Shown: positions 1 to 8,539 of the stretch, piece by piece
Layout: each line of letters opens with the position of its first letter
Position numbering within the stretch: position 1 is the first letter of the stretch
Assembly (NCBI RefSeq): GCF_017876815.1
Contig: NZ_JAGIOS010000003.1
Coordinates: 30,001-62,000, forward strand
DNA length: 32,000 bases
DNA from: Sinorhizobium meliloti
Lineage (GTDB): Bacteria; Pseudomonadota; Alphaproteobacteria; Rhizobiales; Rhizobiaceae
Reading direction: 5' to 3'
Notes under the pieces: model-generated
Seen by the model: only the letters and a program-made list of their open reading frames with translations
The model's database searches: none
What the model was told of the DNA's origin: nothing
Position numbers and translations under genes: made by a program

Positions 1-226
1 CTAGCGCTTACTCTGCCCATGCTCGGCGACGGGCTGCTCACGCCAGTCACCGCAATCGGTAGCCAGTAGGTCATCACCATCGCCTTCAGCCTCGTCATCG
101 TGCCGCTGGTCGCCCATGCCACGATTTTCCGATATTCCAGCTGCGCCCGACCTTGATAAACAAGCGAGCGCTTAGCGGGACGGCGAGTTGATGGACGGCG
201 GGATAAAGGACTGAGAACCAAGCCCT

Positions 227-1099
227 CTACGTGAACTTCATCGCTTTCAGGCTAGCCAGCAGATAATCCACAAGGTCCTGCACGGCGGGGTCCAGCTTTT
301 TCGCGATGGTGATGAGCGCGAGTTCCGATGCGGGTTCCGGCATAAAGCCATCAGTCTCATGCAGCAGCCGATGTTCGGGCAGCACCGCATCGTTGGGCAG
401 TAGGCTGATGCCAAGGCCGGAGGCGACAGCGGCCTGCACGCCCATGAGACCCTGACTGGAATAGGCGATACGCCAAGCTTTGCCGCTGCGTTCCACCGCC
501 CGGATCACTCGCTCCCGATAGATGCAGCCTGAGGGGAAAACCGCAAGGGGAACCGGATCGTTGCCGACGGCGAGCAACGGGTCACCGATCCAGACCAGGC
601 GTTCTTCCCATTTGGCGATGCAGGCGCCGTTCCCCGGCTCACGCTTTACAAGGGCGAGGTCGATTTCTCCTGCCTGCAAGAGCCGACGAAGCTCGAAACT
701 CCAGCCGCTGATCGTATCGAGCCTCGTGCGCGGAGAAGCCCGTGCAAATCCAGAAAGCAGATCAATCATCCGTCGCCCAGCGAAGTCTTCGGGAACCCCA
801 AGGCGAACAGTCTTCGGCGAGGGCATCGATCGACCGAGCGCTTCGTTTGCTTCGGCCGAAACCGACAATATCCGGCGGGCATAGCTCATCAGAAGTTCGC
901 CCTCCTCGGTGGTGCGAACGCTCCCCGTTGCGCGGTCCCGGATAAGGAGAACATGGCCAAGGTTGGTTTCGAGCTTCTTGATCTGCTGGCTGATCGTCGA
1001 TTGCGTGCGATGAACCCGTTCCGCTGCGCGCGTAAACCCACCTGTCTCCACGACAGCGGTGAAGGCGCGCAAAAGATCGAGATCAAATCCGAAAGTCAT
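227..1099 (-). CDS. LysR family transcriptional regulator
   Basis: ORF 227..1129. N-terminal winged-HTH 'DLDLLRAFTAVVETGGFTRAAERVHRTQSTISQQIKKLE' is typical LysR, followed by a full-length effector domain. I prefer the ATG at 1099 (MTFGFDLDLL...) over 1129. Divergent from the HAD/aldolase genes. Confidence 0.9.
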   Translation of the reverse strand: MTFGFDLDLLRAFTAVVETGGFTRAAERVHRTQSTISQQIKKLETNLGHVLLIRDRATGSVRTTEEGELLMSYARRILSVSAEANEALGRSMPSPKTVRLGVPEDFAGRRMIDLLSGFARASPRTRLDTISGWSFELRRLLQAGEIDLALVKREPGNGACIAKWEERLVWIGDPLLAVGNDPVPLAVFPSGCIYRERVIRAVERSGKAWRIAYSSQGLMGVQAAVASGLGISLLPNDAVLPEHRLLHETDGFMPEPASELALITIAKKLDPAVQDLVDYLLASLKAMKFT

Positions 1100-1140
1100 T
1101 CGGTTTTTCAATGGAGAATATGCCAACATCCAATTTCCAA

Positions 1141-1155
1141 ATAACGGCGCGTTAT
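1141..1155. promoter_or_regulatory. Candidate LysR-type operator (T-N11-A dyad ATAAC-N5-GTTAT)
   Basis: Sequence ATAACggcgcGTTAT has perfect 5-bp inverted arms. It lies in the 90-bp divergent intergenic region between the LysR start (1099) and the HAD start (1190) and fits the generic LysR T-N11-A box. Confidence 0.4.
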
Positions 1156-1189
1156 GTCAATCCTGCTGCCAGTTAAACAGGAGAGCGAC

Positions 1190-1894
1190 ATGATCCGTTC
1201 TGGACAGCGGCCGGAATGGCTGACTTTTGATTGCTACGGCACTCTCATTCAGTGGGACGAAGGCCTGCTGGCGGCGATGGAGAGGATTCTTGCGGGAAAG
1301 AACCGTTCCATCGAACGCGATGACTTTATTTCCGTATACGACCGATACGAGCATCGGTTGGAACGGGAGCGTCCGCACCGGTCGTTCAAGAATGTGAGCG
1401 CGACAGCCCTTGCGCTTGCGATGGGCGAATTCTCCCTCGATGTATCACCTGACGATGCAGACATCCTGACGTCGTCAATTAGCCGCATGCCGCCCTTTCC
1501 GGAGGTGGTCGCCACGCTTACCAGGCTGAAGGCGGCAGGGTTCAAGCTCGCCATTATCTCCAACACGGACGACGCGATCATCGCCGGAAACGTAGCTCAA
1601 CTTGGCGGTTCGGTCGATCGGGTCATCACGGCGGAGCAGGCCGGAGCTTACAAGCCGGCAAGGCAGATATTCCAGCATGCCTGGAGAGAGTTGGGTATCG
1701 AAAAGGAGCAACTGGTCCACATTTGCGCCAGTCCGCATCTCGATCTCGCCGCAGCAAGGGAGCTTGGCTTCCGAACGATCTGGGTCGACCGCGGAACCGG
1801 GCGGAAGCCGCTTGCCGATTACGTGCCGAATGAAACGGTTGCCCGGCTTGACGAAGTTTGCGGCTTGCTGTCCGCCGCGGGCTGGATGGAATAG
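1190..1894 (+). CDS. HAD-superfamily hydrolase (haloacid dehalogenase-like, subfamily IA)
   Basis: ORF 1154..1894. Motif I 'LTFDCYGTL', then 'IISNTDD' and 'AYKP'. The ATG at 1190 is preceded by CAGGAGA 6 nt upstream, so it is preferred over 1154. Confidence 0.85.
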   Translation: MIRSGQRPEWLTFDCYGTLIQWDEGLLAAMERILAGKNRSIERDDFISVYDRYEHRLERERPHRSFKNVSATALALAMGEFSLDVSPDDADILTSSISRMPPFPEVVATLTRLKAAGFKLAIISNTDDAIIAGNVAQLGGSVDRVITAEQAGAYKPARQIFQHAWRELGIEKEQLVHICASPHLDLAAARELGFRTIWVDRGTGRKPLADYVPNETVARLDEVCGLLSAAGWME

Positions 1895-1920
1895 GCGATT
1901 GTTCTTACGGAGATATATTC

Positions 1921-2712
1921 ATGGCGCATGAACTTAAACGCGGACTGGCTGCACCGGCGATCTTGCGAAACGTCGATCTCGGCGGGGAAGAGATCTGGCA
2001 GGCGCGTGTGGATCTGGCTGCCTGTTTGCGGGCGGCGGCGCGATATGGCCTTGAGGAGGGGATCTGCAATCATTTTTCGGCGCTCGTGCCTGGGCATGCG
2101 GATGTCTTCCTTGTCAACCGGCTTGGCTGGGCTTTCGAGGAGGCGACGGCGTCCAGCCTGCTGATCTGCGATTTCGACGGCAATGTGCTTTCCGGCGATG
2201 GCGAACCGGAGGCGACGGCCTTCTTCATTCATGCGCGTCTGCATAAGGCGGCGCCGCGTATAGGTGCGGCGTTTCATACCCATATGCCGAACGCGACGGC
2301 GCTCAGTATGATCGAAGGAGAGCCGCTTGAATGGGCCGGGCAGACCGCGCTTAAATTTTACGGGCGCACCGTGGTTGACGAGGACTACAACGGCCTTGCG
2401 CTCGACGACCGTGAGGGAGATCGTCTGGCGAGCGTTCTTGGCGACAAGGATATTCTCTTTATGAAAAACCACGGTGTCATGGTTTGCGCGCCGAATATCG
2501 CGGAGGCGTGGGATGATCTTTATTATCTCGAGCGGGCAGCGGAAGTGCAGTTGAAGGCGATGAGCACGGGGCGGCCGCTTCTGCCGGTCGATCCCGAAAT
2601 TGCAGCGGCGACCGCCAGACAGATGCGGGAGGGCGATCCGGAGAGTGCGCGGCTGCATCTGGAAAGCCTCAAGCGCAGACTTGACGTTGTGGCGCCCGAA
2701 TACAGACTGTAG
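1921..2712 (+). CDS. Class II aldolase/adducin domain protein
   Basis: ORF 1858..2712. 'ARVDLAACLRAAARYGLEEGICNHFSALVPG...FHTHMPNATALS...FMKNHGVMVCAPNIAEAWDDLYYLERAAEVQL' matches the class II aldolase/adducin fold pattern. The ATG at 1921 has an ACGGAGA SD. It lies 26 nt after the HAD stop, so a probable operon. Confidence 0.85.
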   Translation: MAHELKRGLAAPAILRNVDLGGEEIWQARVDLAACLRAAARYGLEEGICNHFSALVPGHADVFLVNRLGWAFEEATASSLLICDFDGNVLSGDGEPEATAFFIHARLHKAAPRIGAAFHTHMPNATALSMIEGEPLEWAGQTALKFYGRTVVDEDYNGLALDDREGDRLASVLGDKDILFMKNHGVMVCAPNIAEAWDDLYYLERAAEVQLKAMSTGRPLLPVDPEIAAATARQMREGDPESARLHLESLKRRLDVVAPEYRL

Positions 2713-2775
2713 CGTGAGAAAGGAATGGCGACGGCTCTCGGACATTGCCATTCCTATTGGTCAGGTCGTCAGCGC

Positions 2776-2898
2776 CTAGTCCTCGGGGCGAGGTTCCGCT
2801 TCGCCGACATTGGCGCGGGCGGCGGTCATGGGAGCCATGACGAACCGGTTGCGCAGGGTGCGCCCCGCCAGCTCGTATGGTTCGAACAGGCTGTTCAT
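2776..2898 (-). pseudogene. 5' remnant of an Old Yellow Enzyme / NADH:flavin oxidoreductase gene (about 40 codons)
   Basis: 'MNSLFEPYELAGRTLRNRFVMAPMT' is the canonical OYE/NemA N-terminus. Its ATG (2898..2896) overlaps the TGA of the upstream Gfo/Idh/MocA gene (ATGA). The frame stops after about 40 codons, only about 60 nt from the convergent aldolase stop. Confidence 0.55.
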
Positions 2899-3971
2899 GG
2901 ATTTTCTCTCATATTTACTTGGGGGGTCATTGCCGGGGATGCTCGAGCCTGCGTCTGAATTTCCTGCCAAATCGCATCGAGGAAGACTTGCGTCTTTTCT
3001 GTCGCAGACAACCAGATCTCCCGCTCGGCGGCGTCGCCGTTGCGGATCAGATCGGCGAAGTTGTCGATCATGAGGGCGTGTTGTGATCTTTCGCTCGGCG
3101 TCTCGATGAAAGCGAAGTCATTCCGCGTGGCCAGGCCGGAACGATGGATGAAACCCGTTTGAATGTCGGGATTATCGAAGCCGAAGCCGCTCTGCCAGTC
3201 GAGGACGAAATCGTCCTGCGTCAGGATGCCGGATGTGCCGGCGACGGTGAGCTCCATCACCGCCGCACCGGCTGTATAACCGACATCGAAGGTTGCGGTC
3301 TTGCCGGCGTTGAATTGCAAGACGCCGGTTGCGCGGATGACCGCGCCTGAGTGCGGGTCCCACTCGGCAAAGACCTTGATATCTTCGAGCGCGTCCGGTG
3401 CGAGGTATTCGACGACGGCCCGCATCGAATACCAGGCCATGTCGCCCGCCGCGCCCATCGGCTCGTCGATCGGGTCAAAGCGGATGTTCTCCCGGTCGGA
3501 GAAGGGGAAATAGAACATAGTGTGCAGCGAACGCGGGGCGCCGATCAGTGCGGCCAGACGCTGACGCATCGCGGATGTGCGCGGATGATGAACGAAGTGG
3601 GTGGCGTCCATCAGCACGAGGCCCTTTTGACGGGCGAGAGCCGACAGGCGTTTAAAAGACGCCGCCGAATGCAGCGGCTTTTCGATGAGGACATGCTTGC
3701 CGGCAGTGAGCGCACGGCTTGCGACGTCTTCCTTCGCTGACGTTGGAGTCGCGATATAAACCGCGTCGACATCATCGCGTGCGATCAAATGATCGGCACC
3801 CTCGACGGCGATGGCGCCCGGATAGTTGGCGACAAAGCTTTCGGCCTTCGCAAGTGTGCGGCTCGAAACGGCGTCTAGCCTCGCCTTCTTGGATGACTGG
3901 ATTTGCGGGGCAAGGATCGTCGCAATAAAACCCGTGCCGACGATTCCGATTTTTACCTTAGTCATGGTCAT
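2895..3971 (-). CDS. Gfo/Idh/MocA family NAD(P)-dependent oxidoreductase
   Basis: ORF 2895..4211. A real start at 3971 (MTMTKVKIGIVGTGFIA...) gives the Rossmann GxGxxG at the N-terminus; 'GKHVLIEKPL' signature is present. The upstream 80 codons of the ORF are Arg/Ser/Pro-rich and overlap the ABM gene. Confidence 0.85.
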   Translation of the reverse strand: MTMTKVKIGIVGTGFIATILAPQIQSSKKARLDAVSSRTLAKAESFVANYPGAIAVEGADHLIARDDVDAVYIATPTSAKEDVASRALTAGKHVLIEKPLHSAASFKRLSALARQKGLVLMDATHFVHHPRTSAMRQRLAALIGAPRSLHTMFYFPFSDRENIRFDPIDEPMGAAGDMAWYSMRAVVEYLAPDALEDIKVFAEWDPHSGAVIRATGVLQFNAGKTATFDVGYTAGAAVMELTVAGTSGILTQDDFVLDWQSGFGFDNPDIQTGFIHRSGLATRNDFAFIETPSERSQHALMIDNFADLIRNGDAAEREIWLSATEKTQVFLDAIWQEIQTQARASPAMTPQVNMRENP

Positions 3972-3984
3972 GCCTTCTGTCGCC

Positions 3985-4281
3985 TCAGGCGATCTGTTCG
4001 AGGGGGTGGATCTCGATGTGGGCGATCGTTCCGGCGGGCAGTTGCCTGTTGAAGGCGCGGATGGCTTCGCCGGACATGTGCTGTTCCCATACCTGGCGGG
4101 AGGCCCATTCCTCGACGAAGACGTAGACGCCCTTTTGGTTGAGGTGTCGATGGAGATGATAGGAGAGGCACCCCGCCTCGGCCCGTGTGGCGACCGACAG
4201 TTCCGCCGCATATGTCTCGAATGCGTCTTCGTTGCCGAGTGTGATCATGACGCGCGCCACTACTTTAATACTATTGGTCAC
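3985..4281 (-). CDS. Antibiotic-biosynthesis-monooxygenase (ABM) domain protein / putative quinol monooxygenase
   Basis: 98-aa ORF. 'VVARVMITLGNEDAFETYAAEL...GCLSYHLHRHLNQKGVYVFVEEWASRQVWEQHMSGEAIRAF' has the ABM ferredoxin-like pattern (YgiN-like). GTG start at 4281. It ends 14 nt before the Gfo start, so a probable operon. Confidence 0.75.
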   Translation of the reverse strand: MTNSIKVVARVMITLGNEDAFETYAAELSVATRAEAGCLSYHLHRHLNQKGVYVFVEEWASRQVWEQHMSGEAIRAFNRQLPAGTIAHIEIHPLEQIA

Positions 4282-4410
4282 TTTTCTGTCCTGTCAGGCT
4301 GGTTCCCCGCTTGCGATATGGGCAGCGCCCAAGCCGCTACATGGCGGGGTGAATGATGGTGAAGCATCGTCACCGTTCCGGGAGCGGCGTTGGACACTGG
4401 TCGGGCCGGT

Positions 4411-5250
4411 TTATTTCAGGCGTTTCAGCAGTTCTGTGGCAACGGCCGGGGCGGAGGCAGGGTTCTGGCCGGTGATCAGTTCGCGGTCGGTCACGACGTT
4501 TGAGGCCCACGGCGCCTCATTGCTGACGAAGTCTCCGCCGGCCGCTTCCAATGCCGTCTGCGGATAGAACTTCATCTTGCCACCGTTCAGCAGACCCTTG
4601 GCGATTTCCTCTTCCTGATTGCTGATGACGGTCATCTTGTAGCCTGCATAGATCCAGCCCTCGGCCTTCGCTGAACCGCTCGTCTCAAGCTTTGTGGTGA
4701 AGGCCGACGCATCGGGCAGGGTCGACAGGAGCGCGATCGGGCCGTGGCAGGCAAGGGCGGTTGTCTTACCCTTCGCATGGAAGTCGGCGAGTAGCTTGCC
4801 GAGTTCCTGGCTGACCAAAAGATCCTGCATCGGGGCATGGCCGCCCGGCACATAGACCGCATCGAAATGGTCGTAACCGATCTGCTCGACGCGGGCGAGG
4901 CTGACGACCGGCGAGCTGCTGTCGGATGTCAGCTTGAGCTTGTCGAGCATGGCAATGCTTTCCTGCATCGCGGCCTCGTCACCGCCGAAATACAGGTTGT
5001 CCACGGAGGATTTGTCCAATGTCGGCGCCGTACCCTTCGGGGTCGCAAAGGTGATGTCGTGACCGGCCTCGGTGAGCGCCTTTACCGGCTGCATCAACTC
5101 GTTGAGGTAGAAGCCGGTCTCGAAAACCTTGCCGTCCTTGAGGTCGAGGTGATCGGAATCGGAAAGAACGACCAGCACGTTGGCGGCCTGTGCGGTAAAG
5201 GCACTTGTTCCAAGGACAAGGGCGAGAGCAAAAGTGCGGATGGGTTTCAT
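4411..5250 (-). CDS. DJ-1/PfpI (type 1 glutamine amidotransferase-like) protein with N-terminal signal peptide
   Basis: ORF 4411..5280; preferred start MKPIRTFALALVLGTSAFTAQA (Sec-type signal, AQA cleavage-like). Nucleophile elbow 'TTALACHGPIALL'; 'VTGQNPASA' near the C-terminus. Confidence 0.85.
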   Translation of the reverse strand: MKPIRTFALALVLGTSAFTAQAANVLVVLSDSDHLDLKDGKVFETGFYLNELMQPVKALTEAGHDITFATPKGTAPTLDKSSVDNLYFGGDEAAMQESIAMLDKLKLTSDSSSPVVSLARVEQIGYDHFDAVYVPGGHAPMQDLLVSQELGKLLADFHAKGKTTALACHGPIALLSTLPDASAFTTKLETSGSAKAEGWIYAGYKMTVISNQEEEIAKGLLNGGKMKFYPQTALEAAGGDFVSNEAPWASNVVTDRELITGQNPASAPAVATELLKRLK

Positions 5251-5327
5251 GCTTTTTCTCCAGGCGAAGGCCATTCCCAAACCGCACGGGCAGGGATGGC
5301 TGATGATCCGTTATGAGTGATGCGGGG

Positions 5328-6020
5328 TTATGGGGTCAGCAGGTCGCGTAGAGCTTCGCCGACGCCCGTTGCTGACTGCGGGTTCTGGCCGGTGACCAGC
5401 CTTCCATCGACGACAATCTTGGCCGCCCAATCGGCGGCCGGATGATGATGTGCACCGCGGGCGGAAAGCGTGCTGGCAAGCAGGAAGGGAACCGTCTTGT
5501 CCAGCTTGACGGCCCGTTCCTCGTCGTCGGTAAAAGCGGCGACATTCTTGCCGGCAACCAGGTGGGCGCCACTGCTCAGGGTGATGTTGACCAGTGCCGC
5601 GGGGCCGTGGCAAACGGCGGCGACGACACCACCAGCCTCATAAATATCGCGGGCGACGCTGTTGACGGCCGGGCTTGTCGGGAAATCCCACATAGCGCCA
5701 TGGCCACCGGCGAAGAAAATGGCGGAGTAGTCTTTTGGATCGACATCGGAAAGACGCGACGTGTTGCGGATGGCGTGGCGGAAGCCTTCGCTGTTCCAGT
5801 AGCGCGCATTGACAGCGTCATTGAGGTCGAGGCGGTCGACCGGCGGTTCACCACCGGCGATCGAGGCGAACTCGACCGGGATGCCGGCGGCATCGAGGAC
5901 GGCGAGGGGATGGGTGACTTCGCCGAGGTAGAAGCCTGTGGATTCGCCAGTTTCGCCTTTTACGCTATGGCTGGTGAGGACGAAGAGAACCGGTTTGAGA
6001 TCCTGAGTTGCGCTTGTCAT
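5328..6020 (-). CDS. DJ-1/PfpI (type 1 glutamine amidotransferase-like) protein, cytoplasmic paralogue
   Basis: ORF 5328..6164; preferred start at 6020 (MTSATQDLKPVLFVLTSH...). 'FFAGGHGAMWDF', 'VVAAVCHGPAALV' and 'VTGQNPQSA' follow the Hsp31/glyoxalase-III-like DJ-1 class pattern. Confidence 0.85.
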   Translation of the reverse strand: MTSATQDLKPVLFVLTSHSVKGETGESTGFYLGEVTHPLAVLDAAGIPVEFASIAGGEPPVDRLDLNDAVNARYWNSEGFRHAIRNTSRLSDVDPKDYSAIFFAGGHGAMWDFPTSPAVNSVARDIYEAGGVVAAVCHGPAALVNITLSSGAHLVAGKNVAAFTDDEERAVKLDKTVPFLLASTLSARGAHHHPAADWAAKIVVDGRLVTGQNPQSATGVGEALRDLLTP

Positions 6021-6213
6021 GATCTGCTCCTGAAATCGGGATGAGTTGGATCGCATCGATGCCTTGAACGTATTAAAGCTGCGAAAGCGGATAAATGGGC
6101 TTTCGAGGAATTCATTTGTTCGCAGAAGGACAGAATGGTGGCCAATAATACGCTGCCGTGCCACAGGGACGGTTCCGCTGCCCTTCTGTCTGGTTCACCC
6201 GACGCGAAATGCC

Positions 6214-6764
6214 TCAGAGCAGTGCCTTCCCGATCGATGCGCCACAATAAACAAACAGTGTCTGGCCGGTGATGAAACCGGCGTCCTCTGACAAGAGGAA
6301 CTGGATCGCGGCTGCAATTTCGTCCGGCCTACCGAGCCGATGCATGGGAACACCCGTCAAATACTGGTATTCCCCTTCGCAGTTCGGTTCGGTCGGGCCG
6401 GGCGCCACTGCATTGACCGTAATGCCTGTTTGCGCGAGTTCGAGCGCCCACGTCCTGGTGAAGCTGACCAAGGCCCCCTTTGCGGCCGCATAAGCAGTTC
6501 GCTCGGCGATGCCGACGGTGAGGCTGCAGATATTAACGACACGGCTCCGTCCATTCGCTCGCATTCGGGGCAACGCTGCCTGCACGGTCCGAATGGCAGG
6601 ATGTAAGTTCAGGCGAAGGATCGCATCGGGCGCGTCGAGGTCGACATCGCCAAGAACTTGCTGGCCGCACGTGGCCGACATTGTTGACAATCCCGTCGAT
6701 CCCATACGGCTTGGAAATATCGTGGAGTGCGGCTTTCCACGAGAAATGTACGTTGTTGGGTCAT
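6214..6764 (-). pseudogene. Short-chain dehydrogenase/reductase (SDR), degraded
   Basis: The C-terminal half is SDR-like ('VVNICSL...YAAAKGALVSFTRTWALELAQTGITVNAVAPGP...GRPDEIAAAIQFLLSEDAGFITGQTLFV'). The 'ISKPYGIDGIVNNVG' block is in a different frame. The ATG at 6764 gives 'MTQQRTFLV' and then loses the TGxxxGxG Rossmann segment. This implies at least two frameshifts plus an internal deletion. Confidence 0.6.
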
Positions 6765-6922
6765 GATGCGTGCCTTTCGGTCTTGCTATCAGAGGTGGCG
6801 TCTGGGAGCTGACGCGGAATTTGGTCTCCACCCGACAGGGGGAAGGGCTGAAGCACTTTATTGATGCCAAAATCGAGGATAGAGCTGTCCCAAAGAAACT
6901 AACTTATTCGCTAGGGGTCAAA

Positions 6923-7825
6923 ATGGGACGGCGGTTTGATCATCTTGGCGATGTGGAGGCATTTATCACCGTTGCCGAAAAAGGCTCGATGACTGAAGGC
7001 GCAGTCACACTGTCGACGACGCCGTCGGTCCTCAGCAGGGCGATTACCCGTCTTGAAGCCCGCCTTGGCGCGCAACTGATGCGTCGAACCACGCGACGGT
7101 TAAGCCTGACGGATGAAGGCCGCGCCTATCTGGAGCAGGCCCGAGCCGCTTTTTCGATGCTCGATGATGCGGAGCGGGCGATTCAAGGCCCAACTGGAGC
7201 GTCGTTGACGGGTCATGTGCGCATCAGCGTGCCAACGACCTACGGTCACTATCGACTCCCGGCGATGCTGGGCCGCTTCACGCAGATCCACCCAGAAGTC
7301 CAGGTTGAACTGAGCATCACCAACCGCAATGTCGATCTGGTGGCGGAGGGTTACGATCTGGCGATCCGCCTCGGCCCGTTTCCCGACAGCGGGCTGGTGG
7401 CGCGCAAACTGGAGGATGCGCCGTTGCGGCTGGTTGCCTCTCCGCATTATCTCGAACGGGCTGGCGTTCCGCGGAGTGTCGAAGACTTGGCGACACATCA
7501 GTGCCTGCCGTTCGTGATGCCGAGCACAGGCCGGTGCGCCCCATGGCTGTTTCGTGTCGAGGGACGTGGCGTTGACTGGACGCCACCTGGTCGCATCCGG
7601 GTGTTTGACGACGTGCTGGGTGTGGTTTCGTTGGCGGAAAACGGCCTCGGCATCTGTCAGACCTACGACTTTATTGTGCGGGGCCGTATCGAACAGGGGC
7701 GTCTTGTCGATGTGCTGGAGCATGCGCGCGGCCGTTCCCGGCCTTTCTCGCTCATCTTCGCCACACACCGCCGCCTCTCGGCGGCCACGCGGACGCTCAT
7801 CGATTTCCTTGCCAGTGACGGTTAG
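6923..7825 (+). CDS. LysR family transcriptional regulator
   Basis: ORF 6770..7825; preferred start at 6923 (MGRRFDHLGDVEAFITVAEKGSMTEGAVTLSTTPSVLSRAITRLEARLG). Divergent from the decayed SDR gene. Confidence 0.9.
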   Translation: MGRRFDHLGDVEAFITVAEKGSMTEGAVTLSTTPSVLSRAITRLEARLGAQLMRRTTRRLSLTDEGRAYLEQARAAFSMLDDAERAIQGPTGASLTGHVRISVPTTYGHYRLPAMLGRFTQIHPEVQVELSITNRNVDLVAEGYDLAIRLGPFPDSGLVARKLEDAPLRLVASPHYLERAGVPRSVEDLATHQCLPFVMPSTGRCAPWLFRVEGRGVDWTPPGRIRVFDDVLGVVSLAENGLGICQTYDFIVRGRIEQGRLVDVLEHARGRSRPFSLIFATHRRLSAATRTLIDFLASDG

Positions 7826-7968
7826 GCGCCTGTCTGGCGCTTACCGCTCTCGGGCCAGGCGCAGGACATCCGTGAAAGTCTAGCGGCGTCATCGCTCTGC
7901 ACGGCGCGCGGCACCGTTTCCTCGGCCCTTTTGACTCCCACAGTTCCCGGCGTTCGAACGATCCGTAA

Positions 7969-8457
7969 GCCGCGTTCGCTTCGGCGCGCGAGATCGTTGA
8001 TCATCGACTTCGCCGAATGGATTTCAATGAAAGATTGGCGGAGCGACAAAAGGGCGCGGCGTTGCTCGCCAGCCCAGCAAAGAGTTTCGTCTCTACTGTC
8101 CTGGACAAGCTTTGGAAGAGGGTGACGAGGGGCGGCAATCTTGTCTATCTCGACGACGAGGCCCGCCATCAGCTGCGGATAACGGCAAAGAAACTGCGCT
8201 ATTCGGCGGAGTTTTTCAGCCCTCTCTGTATGGAAACCAAACGCCACAAGCGATTTATCACGGCGATGGAGGGACTTCAGGATCAACTCGGTAGCCTGAT
8301 CGATCTTGCGACCGCTCCCGATATGCTGTCGAAGCTCGCTCTTTCGGGCGTCCCGGGAGCGGGGGACCTTGTCAGTGCTGCCGACAAAGGCACGCTTCTA
8401 AACGCTACCGCGGAAGCGGAGGATGCCTTTGTTGACGCGAAGCGCTTCTGGCGCTGA
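7969..8457 (+). pseudogene. C-terminal fragment of a CHAD-domain protein
   Basis: 'DDEARHQLRITAKKLRYSAEFFSPL...FITAMEGLQDQLGSLIDL' is the conserved CHAD helix pattern (H-x-LRI-xxK-x-LRY-xxEFF ... LQD-LG). The frame is closed by TAA at 7966..7968, so only about 160 codons remain and the N-terminal part (and any CYTH domain) is absent. Confidence 0.55.
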
Positions 8458-8539
8458 GGCAGGGGAAAACAGTTGTCGCGGCAGGATTTGGATCATTTCT
8501 TCTTTCGGATCGTGTGATCATCCCGCCGCTGCGATGCGC

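Noticed and set aside
1-226. Possible gene end or start at the left window edge. The plus frame reads ...LALTLPMLGDGLLTPVTAIGSQ* and ends at 69. The minus frame reads MTRLKAMVMTYWLPIAV... from 98.
   Set aside because: The two readings are mutually exclusive, each under 35 codons, with no motif. It cannot be decided from the sequence in view.
1819-2751. 310-aa minus-strand ORF
   Set aside because: Antisense shadow of the class II aldolase gene; Arg-rich with no domain pattern.
7100-7768. 222-aa minus-strand ORF. Similar ORFs occur at 13769..14353, 14082..14720, 22968..23648 and 28136..28645.
   Set aside because: All lie antisense to LysR genes whose HTH and effector domains are unambiguous. 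They have no motifs and a skewed Arg/Ser/Pro composition.
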